64,000 nt of DNA from the human T2T-CHM13v2.0 reference genome, Homo sapiens: the NCBI RefSeq assembly GCF_009914755.1, contig NC_060931.1; one strand, written 5' to 3'. Position 1 is the first letter of the stretch. Each line of letters starts with the position of its first letter. Below, piece by piece: positions 21,598 through 54,381 of this stretch. The notes beneath the pieces were generated by a model that saw nothing but the letters and a program-made list of their open reading frames with translations, was not told the origin of the DNA and did no database searches. Made by a program: the position numbers and the translations under genes.

Positions 21598-24126
21598 CTG
21601 TTAGAACATACAAAGAAAAATATTCTTCACTTCAATTGAATAAAGACTGAAAAACAACCTACTATAATTCCTAGAGCAATGCTTTTACCATTAAAACACC
21701 TGTCTAATATGTAATCAATTCTCTTAATAGTCAAAGAAATAAAACTGATTAAGCTGAAGAAAAAAACCTCTACATACTCAGAAAGAGACAGTATTAGCAG
21801 AGATTTTGTATTGTATTACTAAGATTTTATAATTTAGTAATTATTTAGGCAATCTTTCTGCAGAAAATACCATCATTGCCAGATGAATTCTTCCCATGAC
21901 TTACCCTATTAGAATCAGTTCCCACTTCCCATTCCTGATTCAGCAAAGAAATACTAGACTTGTGGTTATAAGATGCTTAGGAGCAGCACAACTACTGTAG
22001 TAACTGTCTTACAATTTAAGTTTTCCCATTGGTACAAACAACTTTTCTCATCTGAGGACACCTTAGAAAATAATGGTAGAATTTCAGGACTGATAAACTC
22101 AAATCCCCTTTCAAACTATGGAATAAGCATATGGTATAAACATGCCATGGATGCTTTATTAACAAAAGCAAGACAGCAGGTAGATTTAGTAAAAGATGGT
22201 ATAAAGAATCTTCTGGCTGCTGCTTCTTGGGCAATGAAACAATCATATTTGCTACATTTTTACACATTTCAGTCATTGTATTGCACAATTAGGTTTCTTA
22301 TTTACATGAAATACAATAAACAGTTGGTTAATTATTAGCTTAAAAGAGTTATTCTTTCACCTTGCGTCTTCTGTATTGTTTCATTTGGAAGGAATCGAAA
22401 TGGCAGTATATTAATGAAAAGTTTGTGACAATGTCAATTTGACAGCAAAAGTGGTACTAACTCTGCAAAAATGACTGAAAGACCTGGGACAAGATTCCTG
22501 GTTATTGCTCTGGGTAAGGCAGGCATCTCACAAGGAGAGGCAATAATGGCACTGAGCAACAGCTGTAAATGAGAATGACCCGCGGAGCCTTAAACCCCTC
22601 AACGTCCAGACTACACTCCAGTCCAATCACACAACGTAACAGAGTCTGGGGGTGGGACCCAAACATTAATTAGTCTTTAAAGCTCCACAGATGATTCTAG
22701 TGTCCAACCAAAGTTGAGAACCACTGATGGAAGATCTGTGGGATGTCCTGAAGAGCGTGAGAGGATGGAAGTGAAGGAGAAGGTTGTATCTACTTCGCTT
22801 TGTCATACATTTTGTTCATAGTTGCTTTTAGTAATACAGTACAAAATAAACCACATATAACTGTGATGTAATAAGCAAGCCAGAATACTGAGAGGCTGGT
22901 ATGGCAAAGGTATAATGTTCAAAGCCTGACCAATTTTTGTGAGAGATGGAGTAGAAATCAGATGAACTTTTTTTTTTTAATTTAGTTTTATCTCACACTG
23001 TTGTTGGTAGACAGTTTGATGAAAAGTTGCATGTCACCTATTTTAAGAAATGCATGACGAATCTTCAATTTAGTGATTTAATTTGTAAAAACTCTCACAA
23101 AGGTTTCTTTCTCTCCTAAGATACAAATAAAACAAAGTTGAGAAGAACATTGTATATAATTCAAAGGACCACACAGCCTTAGTTATGACCAAACTCTTCT
23201 CTCCTATGATACGGATGTTCCATATTTGTTTCTGAGGGCAGTATCAACCCAGGATTGGTTTAACAATAAAGGGTACTGTTGGCTATTATTCTCTCGTCTT
23301 AAAACTCAGCATGAAAGAATAAAGGAGAAACCCATTTACACAGGTATCAACAAAAAATTAATTGTAAGAAAATATAAAACTTTATGTATAATAATCTACA
23401 AACTGTATAAACTAAGGTTTTTGAAAAAGTAAGGACAAAACTGGAGACTTGATTGAGCCTAACTCTCCCACATAGTCAAAAATTAACATACTTTAAAAGC
23501 ACGTGACAATTGTTTATAATTTTAGGTTTTGCAATTTCAGCACTTAAAATCTGTTTTCCCTCATCTTTTTAGGATACACTGCCATCTTTTTCACAAGGTG
23601 TGTATGCCTTAATAAAGGTGCCTGACATCAGATTATAGTTATTAATTTTTCTATCACTTATAATTATTAATTAAAAGTTAAACATATGTTAAATAATGGA
23701 AAAAATCTAGCTAACTCCAGTCACCGAATCTTAGAAAAAAGGGGCATTGGAAATCTACTAGTCCAACTCAACATTTCAGATGTAGACTTAGAGGAGGTTA
23801 AGAAACTTGCAGGTTAATGGCCAAATAGGGTACCAGAATACAGATCTTCTAAGTCCAATGTCCCCTCTTCCACCTTGCCACCTGCCCTAATTCCACTTAC
23901 TGTCATAAGAAATCACAGCTCAATTTAACTCTAGGTTTATTTTGACAAACTTGGGAGTCCTATCTTGGACTTCCCTTTCTGGAGACTGCTACATAAAGTT
24001 TGTGGCTTTGAAAGCCCTTACAACTTTTCTGTTTCCAGCAGGGTGCCCGAAAGTCTTAGTGCAGATTAAGTTATTTAAAGCTTAGAATTGCACTAAGACT
24101 TTTGGAAAGGCTGTATTCAGCTTAGA

Positions 24127-24690
24127 GCTGTGTTTTTCAAACTTTTTGGTCTCAGGACTCTTTTTCACTCTTAAAAATTATTGAGGATGATAAAGAACTT
24201 TTGTTTAGGTAGATTATATCTGTGGATGTTTACCATTAAAATTTAATGGAGAAATTAAACTAGTAATTCATTTAACTACTAAAATAATAACAAGTAGATG
24301 TTAACACAGATCATTCATTTTTAATGAAAAATAACTATTATCAAAAAAAAGTTTAGTAAGAAGAATAGTACTACAATTATCCTCCTTTTATGGTTTAGAG
24401 ATGGGGTCTCACTATGTTGAGCAGGCCAGTCAACTCCTGGGATCAAGTGATCCTCCTGCCCTAGCCTCCCAGGTAGCTGGAACTATGGACTCCAGCCACC
24501 ATGAGTGGCCTGTGATTCTCCTCAATGTCTGGCTTAACAGCAGCCAGCTGGATTCTCATATTTGCTTTTGCACTCAGTCTGTTGCAATGTGTTGTTTTGG
24601 TTGAAGGATATAAAGAAAATCTTGTCTCACAAAGGGAAGATCTTGTGGACCCTCTAAAACGGTGTGAGGGACCCTTTTAAGAATGCTGTT
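24127..24690. mobile_element. Charlie1-like DNA transposon remnant interrupted by an Alu monomer (~24395-24510)
   Basis: TTTTCAAACTTTTTGGTCTCAGGAC...CACTCTTAAAAATTATTGAGGA terminus. Confidence 0.6.
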
Positions 24691-25097
24691 TTAGGGAATG
24701 ATTCATATGACTGAGCTTTCCACAGCTTGCTGCAATGCACACAAGTTTTTGTTCCCTTCTTTTAGAACTTCTCTTTCTTCTTTTCCACAAAGCAAAAAAC
24801 AAGAAGAAAGAAAGAGCTATGCAAGACAGCACAAGGCTGTTAATCTACCTCTCATTTTTTTTTGTCTTTCCTCTTCCAGCTGCCCCATAATTATGAGATA
24901 CTTTCTAGTCTAAAGGAAGTAACTTTCCAATTTAGGCTTAAATAAGATTGCGAAACAGCTTCTCTGTTAAAAGGAGTAGTTCTCTTAGCAAAACCATAAT
25001 AATGGCTGTGGATCACACCTGCCTTAAATTGCATACCTGTTTTTTTTTTCAACAGGGTACACAGAACATTTTGAACACAAAATACTTTAAACAATTT

Positions 25098-25284
25098 AGA
25101 ATAAAATATGAAACACTGTTTATAAGACATATATTTTTGTTTGAAATACACTGAAACTGGTTTCAAAATATTCGTTTTAAGGGTTCATATTTATTTAAGA
25201 ATAAAATATGAAACACTGTTTATAAGACATATATTTTTGTTTGAAATACACTGAAACTGGTTTCAAAATATTCGTTTTAAGGGT
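25098..25284. repeat. Perfect 87-bp direct duplication (period 100 bp) with a 13-bp spacer
   Basis: 25098-25184 is identical to 25198-25284. Confidence 0.95.
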
Positions 25285-25399
25285 AAAGAAAAAAGTTAAA
25301 AAATCTATTTACATAAAAAATAAGAACACTGATTTTTGTGAATACTGGGAACTATGAAAATACTATAGTTGAGACCTTCAATGACTTTCTAGTAACTCA

Positions 25400-26365
<966 letters not shown>

Positions 26366-26412
26366 TATTACTCTTGAGGTCTCTGTGGATGATTGACTTG
26401 GCGTGTAAGTAA
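26366..26412 (-). CDS. BRAF: BRAF exon 14 (47 nt), catalytic loop YLHAKSIIHRDLKSN
   Basis: AG at 26413-26414, GT at 26364-26365; HRD motif. Confidence 0.98.
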
Positions 26413-29400
26413 CTGAAAAACAAAACATCATTTTAACCTGAGTAGGGCTAAAGGACTCTGGCCTCGAAATCTACAGAACATACTTGGGGGTGTAAAGACT
26501 TATTTAGAATCATGATACAACTGAAAATAGTACATTGTAATAAACCCTTCACAGAATATTAAAATAGACTGTAAATGAATTTAAGATTATAGGAACATAT
26601 CACTATAATGGTACAGTCAAAATCTTGTTTTCTATTAAAAGACTTTGCTTTATCTTTTACTAGTTACCAATACAAACCTTTCACTCCAGTCAAGCCTATT
26701 TATCCATGTCCCTTAAATATACCTTGATATTTAATCCCACCACTGTGTTCAATGCTCCCCTCCTACACCCAACCCTCCAAGTTAGCTTTCGTTCTATTTT
26801 CCACCTATTCATATCCATCCTTTAAAACTGAATACAAATTCTAACTCCTGAGTGAAGCTTTCCCATGACTAACCGAACTGAAAGTGCTCTTTCACTGCTC
26901 AACTTATGTAGTAATTATCATAATAATGGCTTGATTCATGTGTTTTTTCAACGTGCCTATGTTCACTTCTATTTGGAATGTAAACTACTAGAACATGCAG
27001 TTTGGTAATTAAAACTATTTTTAAAGGTAGTTGTCATATATTCTTAAAATATTTTCTTAAAACTAGTGAGGAGAAAACTTTCTCTAAAATGGCCATAGTA
27101 GGTCTATTTTAAAGTCAACGATAACTTTAAAATCATCTATGTTACCCCTAAAAACTGCTTTAGCTACATTCATTGAAGTAAAAGGCAGCATTGTTGTTGT
27201 TGTTTTTGGGGAGACAAAGTCTTACTCTATCACCCAGGCTGGAGTGTAGTGGCACGACCTTGGCTCACTGCAACCTCCACCTCCTGGGCTCAAGAGATCC
27301 TCCTGTCTCAAAAGGGCTGTGTCTTGTTTATTTCTTTGTATACCCAGTGCCGAGAACAGTGCTTGGTATGTGTGGTAAGTATTCAATACATGTCTACTGA
27401 ATCAACTACAATAAGATGCATATAATGTGCTAGTCAAGGTTATTTTTCTTAATTGAATACCGGAGAGAATAGCTATATGACACTTCTGAAATCTGACAAT
27501 GATCATTAGACAGTTTTACCTTAAAATGAGAATTTAAAATCCAAATGGTATAATCAAAATCATGCAATAAACACTGTTAAAAGTGGAAGATTTGCAAATA
27601 ACCAAGATTATTCATGCTGTCTCATCTTCATTTAAACGTCCTCATTCTTCCCAATATCAAAAATTTTAAAGTATTTTCTAGATAAAATTTTCATTTCAAA
27701 TTACTATTTATCTAAAGTAATCCCTTCTCCAATTACTATTCATATCACAGTTTATGTTCTTCATAGCATTTACTACAATTGAAAATTATCTTGTCATGAC
27801 TTTAGGCTCAGTGTTCTACATCATATTGTCACTCTTTCACTGAAAGAAAATGTTATTTCGGTTATAGGTCTCACTGCTTACAAAGTTCTGCAGTGACATA
27901 CAAAGTTAAAAACTGGTGGAAATAAATGGGCCCCAATCAAAGCTTTAAGATGGTGAGATCTTGTCTCCATTAGAAAGAAAGGGGGATAAATGATGATGGT
28001 GTTGGTTGGTGGAGCTAGGTCCTGCACTCAGAGAGACCTGGGATCTAGTATACAGCCAAGGTGTTGGTCTTTGAAAGGAGGTTCTTTTTCCTGCAAGACT
28101 TAAAAACAAAAACAAATGGGCTTCAACCATATCAAAATACAGAGGCATGCTGAAGATAAAAGAGGGGAAGATAAAGGTGTTCTCCATGGGATGGTGTTAA
28201 TCCTTTCAACAAATTTGATGCAGAGGAATATAGCAAGAATAGAGTAGACAGAAATGTAACTGGGGAGAGTGGGGAGAGAAATTTTCTGACCAGGAAAGCA
28301 CTAGATAATTAACAAGATATAAATGTAATTGGGGAACCAGTGATATACCCAGCATAGAAGTTATATAGCATAAATTTGTTATAGGCCGAGTTGCATAAAA
28401 ATACAACCTGAAACAACACTTTATACCTGTGTAATCCTTTATTACTTACAAACTGCTTTGTTAATTTTTATCTCATTGAATAATTCTCTTTCTGTAATCC
28501 TTCTGTAACAAAAGCAGCAAAGAGTAGAAGTCCAGGTCTGTAGAATGAAAGGCTGGAAGGAAAAGGGGGTCTAATCCCCCAGCTAGAGAAATGGGATGAG
28601 ACACAACCGAATCCCTACATAAGATAATGTTTCACAGTAATCACTACCCTAAATAATTCTATATAGGGGGACACTAAAACGTAATTTCCTAAGCACCACC
28701 CAGTTACAATGGAAAATGCCAAAAAAAAAACCCAAACAAAAATAACAGAAAACAAATAACTCACATAACTGTTTGGGAGTAGGGAAGGGAACAAGAATAT
28801 ATCAACTTTACTTTGCCATATATGACACAGAAGTCAATCCATTAATTAGGATAATTAGATTGGACCTCCCTCTTTCCTTGGTAAGATGTTAAGGAGAGCA
28901 TTACAGTTTTACAGAAGTACTAGGAAAGAACAAATATGCTATCAACCAAAGGAACAACACATTCTCTTGATAGGTTTCTCTTAACAGTCTCATTCCTTGA
29001 AGAAAAAGTGTCCACCTATAGAACCATTTAATCTTAGAGCTACAAAATCATCTGGTAAAATTTCTTCTCACACTACTTCAAGCTCTTATCCAAGATTCAG
29101 CTTTTCCACATTCTTACAGAGCATAATGTGGTGCCCCAAATTAAAAGCAATACTTCAGATCGGATCTAACCAACACAAACTATGGTGAGATCCTCATCTT
29201 CATCTCCCACATGGTGGGCATACAACATTAAATCAGACATTATTGTGATTGTTATGGCAGCCAAAGTCATGCTACTGAGTCCAATTAAAATTATATTTAA
29301 TTACATGCTTCCTGCTGCTGGGTCAAAATTTATGACAATAAATAGAATTTTTAAAAAAGGGCACAAAAAGGATTATATTCAATTACAATCCTAGAATAAT

Positions 29401-29475
29401 TATTCTTGAATTGCTCCTATAAAACATTTTCCCCATCTTATACTTGTATATTTCTCTTTTTTTGGACTTGACTAG

Positions 29476-32618
<3,143 letters not shown>

Positions 32619-32808
32619 GATGTTTTCTGGAGCAGCAGGGGCAAAAGCCTGGTTTGAGTGGGGTCCAAGATAAAAAGGAAGGAGAGCAACTGGACAGTGA
32701 ATACCAACAAGTCTTTTGAGAAGTTTTACTGTCGAAGGAAGAAGAGGAATGAGGTAATAACTGAAGAGAGAAGCAGGATTAAGGGAGGGACCCCAAAAGT
32801 TTTTTTTA

Positions 32809-33626
32809 ATGAAAATAATAAAAAATTTAGACGAATGTATAACTAGAATAACCAGTGTAGAGAAGTGCTTAAAGGAGCTGATGGGGCTGAAAGCCAAGGC
32901 TCGAGAACTATGTGAAGAATGCAGAAGCCTCAGGAGCCGATGCGATCAACTGGAAGAAAGGGTATCAGTGATGGAAGATGAAATGAATGAAATGAAGCGA
33001 GAAGGGAAGTTTAGAGAAAAAAGAATAAAAAGAAACGAACAAAGCCTCCAAGAAATATGGGACTATGTGAAAAGACCAAATCTACGTCTGATTAGTGTAC
33101 CTGAAAGTGACGGGGAGAATGGAACCAAGTTGGAAAACACTCTGCAGGATATTATCCAGGAGAACTTCCCCAATCTAGCAAGGCAGGCCAATGTTCAGAT
33201 TCACGAAATACAGAGAACGCCACAAAGATACTCCTTGAGAAGAGCAACTCCAAGACACATAACTGTCAGATTCACCAAAGTTGAAAGAAGGAAAAAATGT
33301 TAAGGGCAGCCAGACAGAAAGGTCGGGTTACCCACAAAGGGAAGCCCATCAGACTAACAGCGGATCTCTCAGCAGAAACTCTACAAGCCAGAAGAGAGTG
33401 GGGGCCAATATTCAACATTCTTAAAGAAAACAATTTTCAACCCAGAATTTCATATCCAGCCAAACTAAGCTTCATAAGTGAAGGAGAAATAAAATACTTT
33501 ACAGACAAGCAAATGCTGAGAGATTTTGCCACCCCCAGGCCTGCCCTAAAAGAACTCCTGAAGGAAGCACTAAACATGGAAAGGAACAAGTGGTACCAGC
33601 CACTGCAAAATCATGCCAAAATGTAA
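32809..33626 (+). pseudogene. L1 ORF1p pseudogene (truncated, frameshift near 33286)
   Basis: Two overlapping ORFs with ORF1p motifs (WDYVKRPNLRL, ARREWGPIF, YPAKLS). Confidence 0.92.
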
Positions 33627-33689
33627 AGACCATCGAGACTAGGAAGAAACTGCATCAACTAACGAGCAAAATAACCAGCTAATATCATA

Positions 33690-38292
<4,603 letters not shown>

Positions 38293-38769
38293 AAAATGAT
38301 GAGTTCATGTCCTTTGTAGGGACATGGATGAAATTGGAAATCATCATTCTCAGTAAACTATCGCAAGGACAAAAAACCAAACACCGCATGTTCTCACTCA
38401 TAGATGGGAATTGAACAATGAGAACACATGGACACAGGAAGGGGAACATCACACTCTGGGGACTATTGTGGGGTGGGGCAGGGGGGAGGGATAGCATTAG
38501 AAGATATACCTAATGCTAAATGACGAGTTAATGGGTGCAGCACACAAGCATGGCACATGTATACATATGTTACTAACCTGCACATTGTGCACATGTACCC
38601 TAAAACTGAAAGTATAATAATAAAAAAAACAAAACAACAACAAAAAAGAAAATAAACATACAGAAAAATGGAAAGAATACCCACACACCTTCCACATAGA
38701 TTCCACAAATGTCAACATTCTGCCAAATGTGCATAAGAAAGATGTTTCATTATTACTGTTACTTCTTAA

Positions 38770-39482
38770 TTTTTTTTTTGAGACAGGGTTTCACTCTGTC
38801 GCCCTGGCTGGAGTGCAGTGGTGCAATCTCCACTCACTGCAACCTCAGCCTCCCGAGTAGCTGGGACCACAGACATACACCACCACATCTGGATAATTTT
38901 TGTATTTTTTGTAGAGACGGGTTTTGCCATGTTGCCTAGGGTGGTCTCAAACTCCTGGGCTCAAGTGATCCACCAGCCTCAGCCTCCTAAAGTGCTTGGA
39001 TTACAAGTGTGAGCCACCACACCTGCCCTACTTTTAAATTTTACTTTAGTTTTCTGAGACAAGGACTCACTCTGTTACCCAAGCTGGTCTCCAACTCCTG
39101 AGCTCAAGTGATCTTCCCACGTTAGCTTCCCAAAGGGCTGGGATTACAGGTGTGAACCACTGCACTCAGTGAAAGATGTTTTATTTATTTACTTATTTTT
39201 GAGACAGAGTCTTGCTCTGTCACCCAGGCTGGAATGCAGTGGCGCGATCTTGACTCTCTGCAGCCTCATCTTCCCAGGCTCTAGAGATCCACTTGTCTCA
39301 GCTTCCCAAGTAGCTGGGACCACAGGCACAGACCACCACGCCTGGCTAATTTTTGTATTTTTTGGTAGAGATGGGTTCCACTATGTTGCTCAGTCTGATC
39401 TTGAACTCCTGAGCTCAAGCAATCCACCCGCCTCAGCTTCCCGAAGTGTTGGGATTACAGGCATGAACCACCGTGACCAGCC
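38770..39482 (-). mobile_element. Alu cluster (two Alus and one monomer)
   Basis: Alu consensus, minus orientation. Confidence 0.85.
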
Positions 39483-40528
39483 AAAAGATGTTTTAAAATA
39501 GGAGAAAATTCAGTAGGAAAGGAAAAACTGATGATAAACAAGATGGGAGATTTACTCAAAAGATGTCTCTGGGTAGGGGTAAGGGGATGGAATCTAGTGT
39601 ACAAATGGAGGGATTGGCTTTTACTAGTGATAAGGCAGAAGAACCTGGTATGAATGCAGGCAGGTGGGTAGATGTCATAATGGTTACTTCCAACTGTCTT
39701 AAAGAGATGGCAAGCAATGTCATCGCTGATTTCTTGAAGAAGAGGTTTTAGAGGCTTAAGGATATGAGGTTTTGAGGCGGTATGACAGTGTCTAAAAGAG
39801 GACAGTGAATGAACTAGGAAACTGAAAGTGTAACTGCCCTATAACATTAAGGGTCTACTTGAAGTTTTCGAAGGGACTGAATAAGTTGGGGAAGCAACAT
39901 GCTTTAATGGTTAAAGGAATACACCCTGGAGCTGAAGTACCTGGGGCAAGTTACTTGCCCCTTCCATAACCAGGTTTCTTCATCCATAAAACAAGGATAT
40001 AATAAAAGCTGCAACCTCACAGGGTTGTTGAGGAGTAAATGAGGTAATGTATATAAAGTACACAGAATGTCTGACACATAGTAAGTGCATATCATTGCTA
40101 AATACATTACAGTATATTTTAAGAAACCCCACAGAACATAGTTGGCATAAAGAAAAAGGGGAGACAGTGAGTTAACAGTATGTAGCAGAGCTGGTATCAG
40201 ATATTTATTGACCAGTAGAGATATTTAAGAGTAAAAAGGAAAACCCAGTATGATTTAAAACAACAGCAAGAAACCATTGTGTATAGTATTAAAACACATC
40301 ATTCTGAAAGGATACACAATACACATCAAAATATTAATGACAGTTATCTCTTGATGGTGGATTACTGGTGCTTTTTATTTATGTTTACATTTTCTGAATT
40401 TCCTATAATGATTACATATTTCCTCGTAACATGATTTTGAAATTTTAAAAAACTGCAGTAGCAAAGGATAATGTCACTCATATTCTTACCATAATCAGAC
40501 CCATTAAAACTTTTATACATTTGCCTCC

Positions 40529-47826
<7,298 letters not shown>

Positions 47827-49091
47827 TAATTCTTTAAAAGCCTTTAGATTCGAACAGATTCAGAGATTCTAACTTATCTGAAACGTTGAGATTGTTTCAA
47901 GTCTAGGGGTAAGTGGGGGTGTTACTGAATAAGGTAATAATTTGCTGTAATAAGTATTTTGGCCGAATATAGGCTTGTAAACAATCTAAATTATAGATAT
48001 ATTGCCTAGTTTTGAGAAAGAGAAGGTGGTATAGTTGGAAGATCTAAGAGCCAGATCTGGTTTAGAGTCTTGGCTCTATACTTACTTGCTAGGAGCAATA
48101 CTCAGTTAGAGTTGTAGGTGTTAGTACATATATACCCTTTTACTCTTTTATTCTAATTTTGTAATGTAAAAGTAGCATAGTGGTTATGGGGAAAGAATAC
48201 TGGATTGGGAGTCAGAAATCCTGAGTTAAACACCTTTGGTGCCACTTATTAAATGTGTGCCCTTAGACAAGGAACTTAAAAGCCTCAATTTCCTTATCTG
48301 TAAAAAGAAAAAAGATCTCCTTCATAACATTATAAAGATTAAATGACATAATAATCTATGTAAGTGAAAGCAATTTGTAAAAAACAAAATTCAGATCATA
48401 TCTATTTTTAAACTTCTCACAGAGCTTTCAAATTCATATTTTACTGAGTTTATAATTTTCACCTAAGTGCTTTCAAAATTTGTTTAATTTTACCTTTTAA
48501 TTTACCTATTCATTTGCACTTAAGAGTTGCAAAATTTAAAATTTATCCTTCAAAGTCAGTTCCCCATATTAGCTTATGGTAAACTTTATAAAATAACTCC
48601 TTAAATTGCATAGCAAAATTCAACAGATAGGAACTCACTCTGAAATCCTCAAAAAGGGTCAGAATGCAGATTTTTCACTTTAACTTTATTAACTGACCAT
48701 TTTGCAACCAAAAATACGGGCACTCAGAGAAACTGATTTGAAAAAGTAACTAACAACCATTCTGTTTACTTGCACAACTGCTAACAACTTTTTAGCAGGT
48801 TTTTGCTGTTTCTATCTTCTGAACCTCTCTTGCTTAGCTCAATCACTGAGTGCTAAGCCTAAGTTTGCAGTCATGTATTTATTATCAAATACTTGATATA
48901 TGTTCTGAAGGCTGCACTAGACAGAGACATTTATTTTTTAGTATCATATTATTTACCAGCCATTAGTTAGCATCCTTATGTTCCTGGACAGTAATTTAAA
49001 ATGCAATCCAAAAGAATAGCAGCCAAAACCTTTAAAACATCCTCAATGGTCTTCAAAAATAATTTACAAGACATTTAACGAATGGAACTTA

Positions 49092-49313
<222 letters not shown>

Positions 49314-50170
49314 TTAGCAATTCTTACAAAAGAGAACCAAAGTAGTCTGTCGGTAAAATGTTGTCAGAAAAAGCTTTTTTTTTTTTAAAAAAGGCAACAA
49401 AAGGATACATTTAGAAGAGACTGGCAATTGCCAAGTCTAACCTCCTACTTTATGCAGAGATATCTTTTTAAATATATCTGACAGGCAACTAGAGGTTGCT
49501 TAAATACCTTCAACTATGGGAAGTTCATCACTCAGTTGTAGCTGACTCTCATATCTTTATTTAAGTGGTTCTGGTATTATAAAGTTTCCAAGTGTTGAGA
49601 CAAAATCATTTTCTTACAACTTTCACCTCTGGCTTGCTTCCCTGGTCTGCTCTCTGGAATAACTTTTTTTTCCGCACTCTGGAATAACTGTGCACTCTCT
49701 TGAACATAACAGCCTTCTGTGAACTAAATATCCTCAGTTCTGTTGATTATTTTCCCCCGTTACACCTCTAGAATCTTCCCTATTTAGGTGGTCCTCACTA
49801 GGCATATCCTAGTTTGTCAATGTTTCTAAAATTCCAGAGCCCAGGACTAAATACCACCTCTAAATGTATTCTGATAAGCTTAAAACTGGAGAGTATTCTT
49901 TTCATAAGTAGAACTATTACTTTATATTATCAGAATACTATACTTCCATTAATTCAGTCTAGGACTAAGTATTCTATCAGCCATACCATATAACATTGCA
50001 TACTACTTAAAAGAATGTGGTTAAAGACAAAAATATACTCAGACATACTCTGTTTCTACAAATTTATTCATTTTGAGTAAATCTGTAAAGCTAATAGTTG
50101 CTACCACTGGGAACCAGGAGCTAATAAAAATAACTTCTTTCTCTGGAAAAGAGTAATTCACACAAGCTCA

Positions 50171-50287
<117 letters not shown>

Positions 50288-50783
50288 TCAATTTTTAAAA
50301 TTTAAAAGTATAAAACATTCTTGGGTGTTTTCACTAATTATCATAGCCCTAACTCCATACCATTATTAAATCACAAATAAATTATACTTTAGCTATCTAA
50401 ACTCCATTTGTTTTCTAAGGCTAAAAATTCAACTAACAATGATATTCCTGTACTAGTATTTCAAAATATCAATCCAAAAAATAGCCAACCTTGTTTGTTC
50501 CATGGAAATTTGGTAAAATCAATTAAGTACCCATGGTATTTTCCAAATTATTTGACAATATTAAATTATACTTACTAGGCTTAATATTTATTTACTAACT
50601 GAAACTGCAAGTAATGTTGAAACTACAATTACCAGGCCCTATGGAATTTTGCTTAAAAGTAGGAAACTATAAAACTTTTTTATCAGAGTAGTTAACATTT
50701 TTTTCAAATTTATGGATTACTTATGATACTTTCAATTAGGAAAATGACTAAAACTGTCACTAAAATTTAAAAAAAACTTCATG

Positions 50784-50930
50784 TGAGTTAATGGGTGCAG
50801 CACACCAGCATGGCACATGTATATATATGTAACTAACCTGCACACTTTGCACATGTACCCTAAAACTTAAAAGTATAATAATAATAAAAAAAGAAAATGA
50901 TATTTTATTAAAATCATCAAAAAAAAAAAA
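50784..50930 (+). mobile_element. Very short L1PA 3' end with an extra 26-nt segment and a second poly(A)
   Basis: GAGTTAATGGGTGCAGCACACCAGCATGGC...; TSD aaaaaaaactt(c/t)atgtga. Confidence 0.85.
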
Positions 50931-50984
50931 CTTTATGTGAAACAGCTGTAACGTCAACACTGCCAGTAGGTGTTTAAATTGGTA

Positions 50985-52184
<1,200 letters not shown>

Positions 52185-52416
52185 TCAACATTGATTTTCC
52201 TCAATTATCAAAGTAATACAGTGCTTATTCTACTGTTTGTATCATAAAATACTGTACAGCACTTAAGAAAAGTTTAAAGACATTTTGAAGGTATAAAAAA
52301 ATTCCCTTAATTATGTCACTCAAAAGTGACATTATATGTTATTAGGCTTTTACATGAATTTAGTGTGAATATTTATGAACACCTGTGAAAAGATAGATTA
52401 AGGAGATAAAAACTAA

Positions 52417-53412
<996 letters not shown>

Positions 53413-53739
53413 TTAAGTACATTTTTAATATGTTTACTTGTGACTTATAATACAAATAAAATTATCAGCTGAAAGACTCTAAAAGAAAATAAAATCCTTT
53501 TGAGGACTAGTTAACCTGGAGGAATTCCCCTTTAAAAATTATTACTGTAATAAAATGGTAGGAGTCCCGACTGCTGTGAACAGTTTTTATTTCCCATAAT
53601 TTTTGTTAGAAACTTTTGGAGGAGTCCTGAAACTAATCAAAATAGTTTATTGATGCGAACAGTGAATATTTCCTTTGATGATATTTTTTACAAAATAAAA
53701 GTTGTTAAACATATCCTATTATGACTTGTCACAATGTCA

Positions 53740-53901
<162 letters not shown>

Positions 53902-54088
53902 TCAAGCCAAACAGAAAAAGAAAACCTTATGTTTCACCCTAAGTACATTACCTTATGCCTGAGAGGGATACAGGAAGAGATCCCCTTAAGAAAAATTCTC
54001 TGGAAGAATAGTAGTTAAAAGTATGACTCTTAAAATACAAAACTTAAATTTAAGACTGAAGTCAATATTAGGATGGAAAAAATTTATT

Positions 54089-54381
54089 TTTATTTTTTAT
54101 TTTATTATACTTTAAGTTCTAGGGTACATGTGCACAACTTGCAGGTTTGTTACTTATGTATACATGTGCCATGTTGGTGTGCTGCACCCATTAACTTGTC
54201 ATTTACATTAGGTATTTCTCTTAATGCTGTCCCTCTCCCCTCCCCCTACCCCATGACAGGTCCCAGTGTGTGATGTTCCCTGCCCTGTGTCCAAGTGTTC
54301 TCACTGTTCAATTCCCACCTATGAGTGAGAACATGTGGTGTTTGGTTTTCTGTCCTTGTGATACTTTGCTCAGAAGGATGG
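54089..54381 (-). mobile_element. L1PA 3'UTR fragment (another ~85-bp piece at ~54745-54830)
   Basis: Reverse-complement L1 3' end; TSD ttaggatggaaa(a/c)aatttatt. Confidence 0.88.

Noticed and set aside
21973-22338. 121-aa plus-strand ORF in intron 15
   Set aside because: No recognisable domain or splice context; this length can occur by chance in AT-rich intron.
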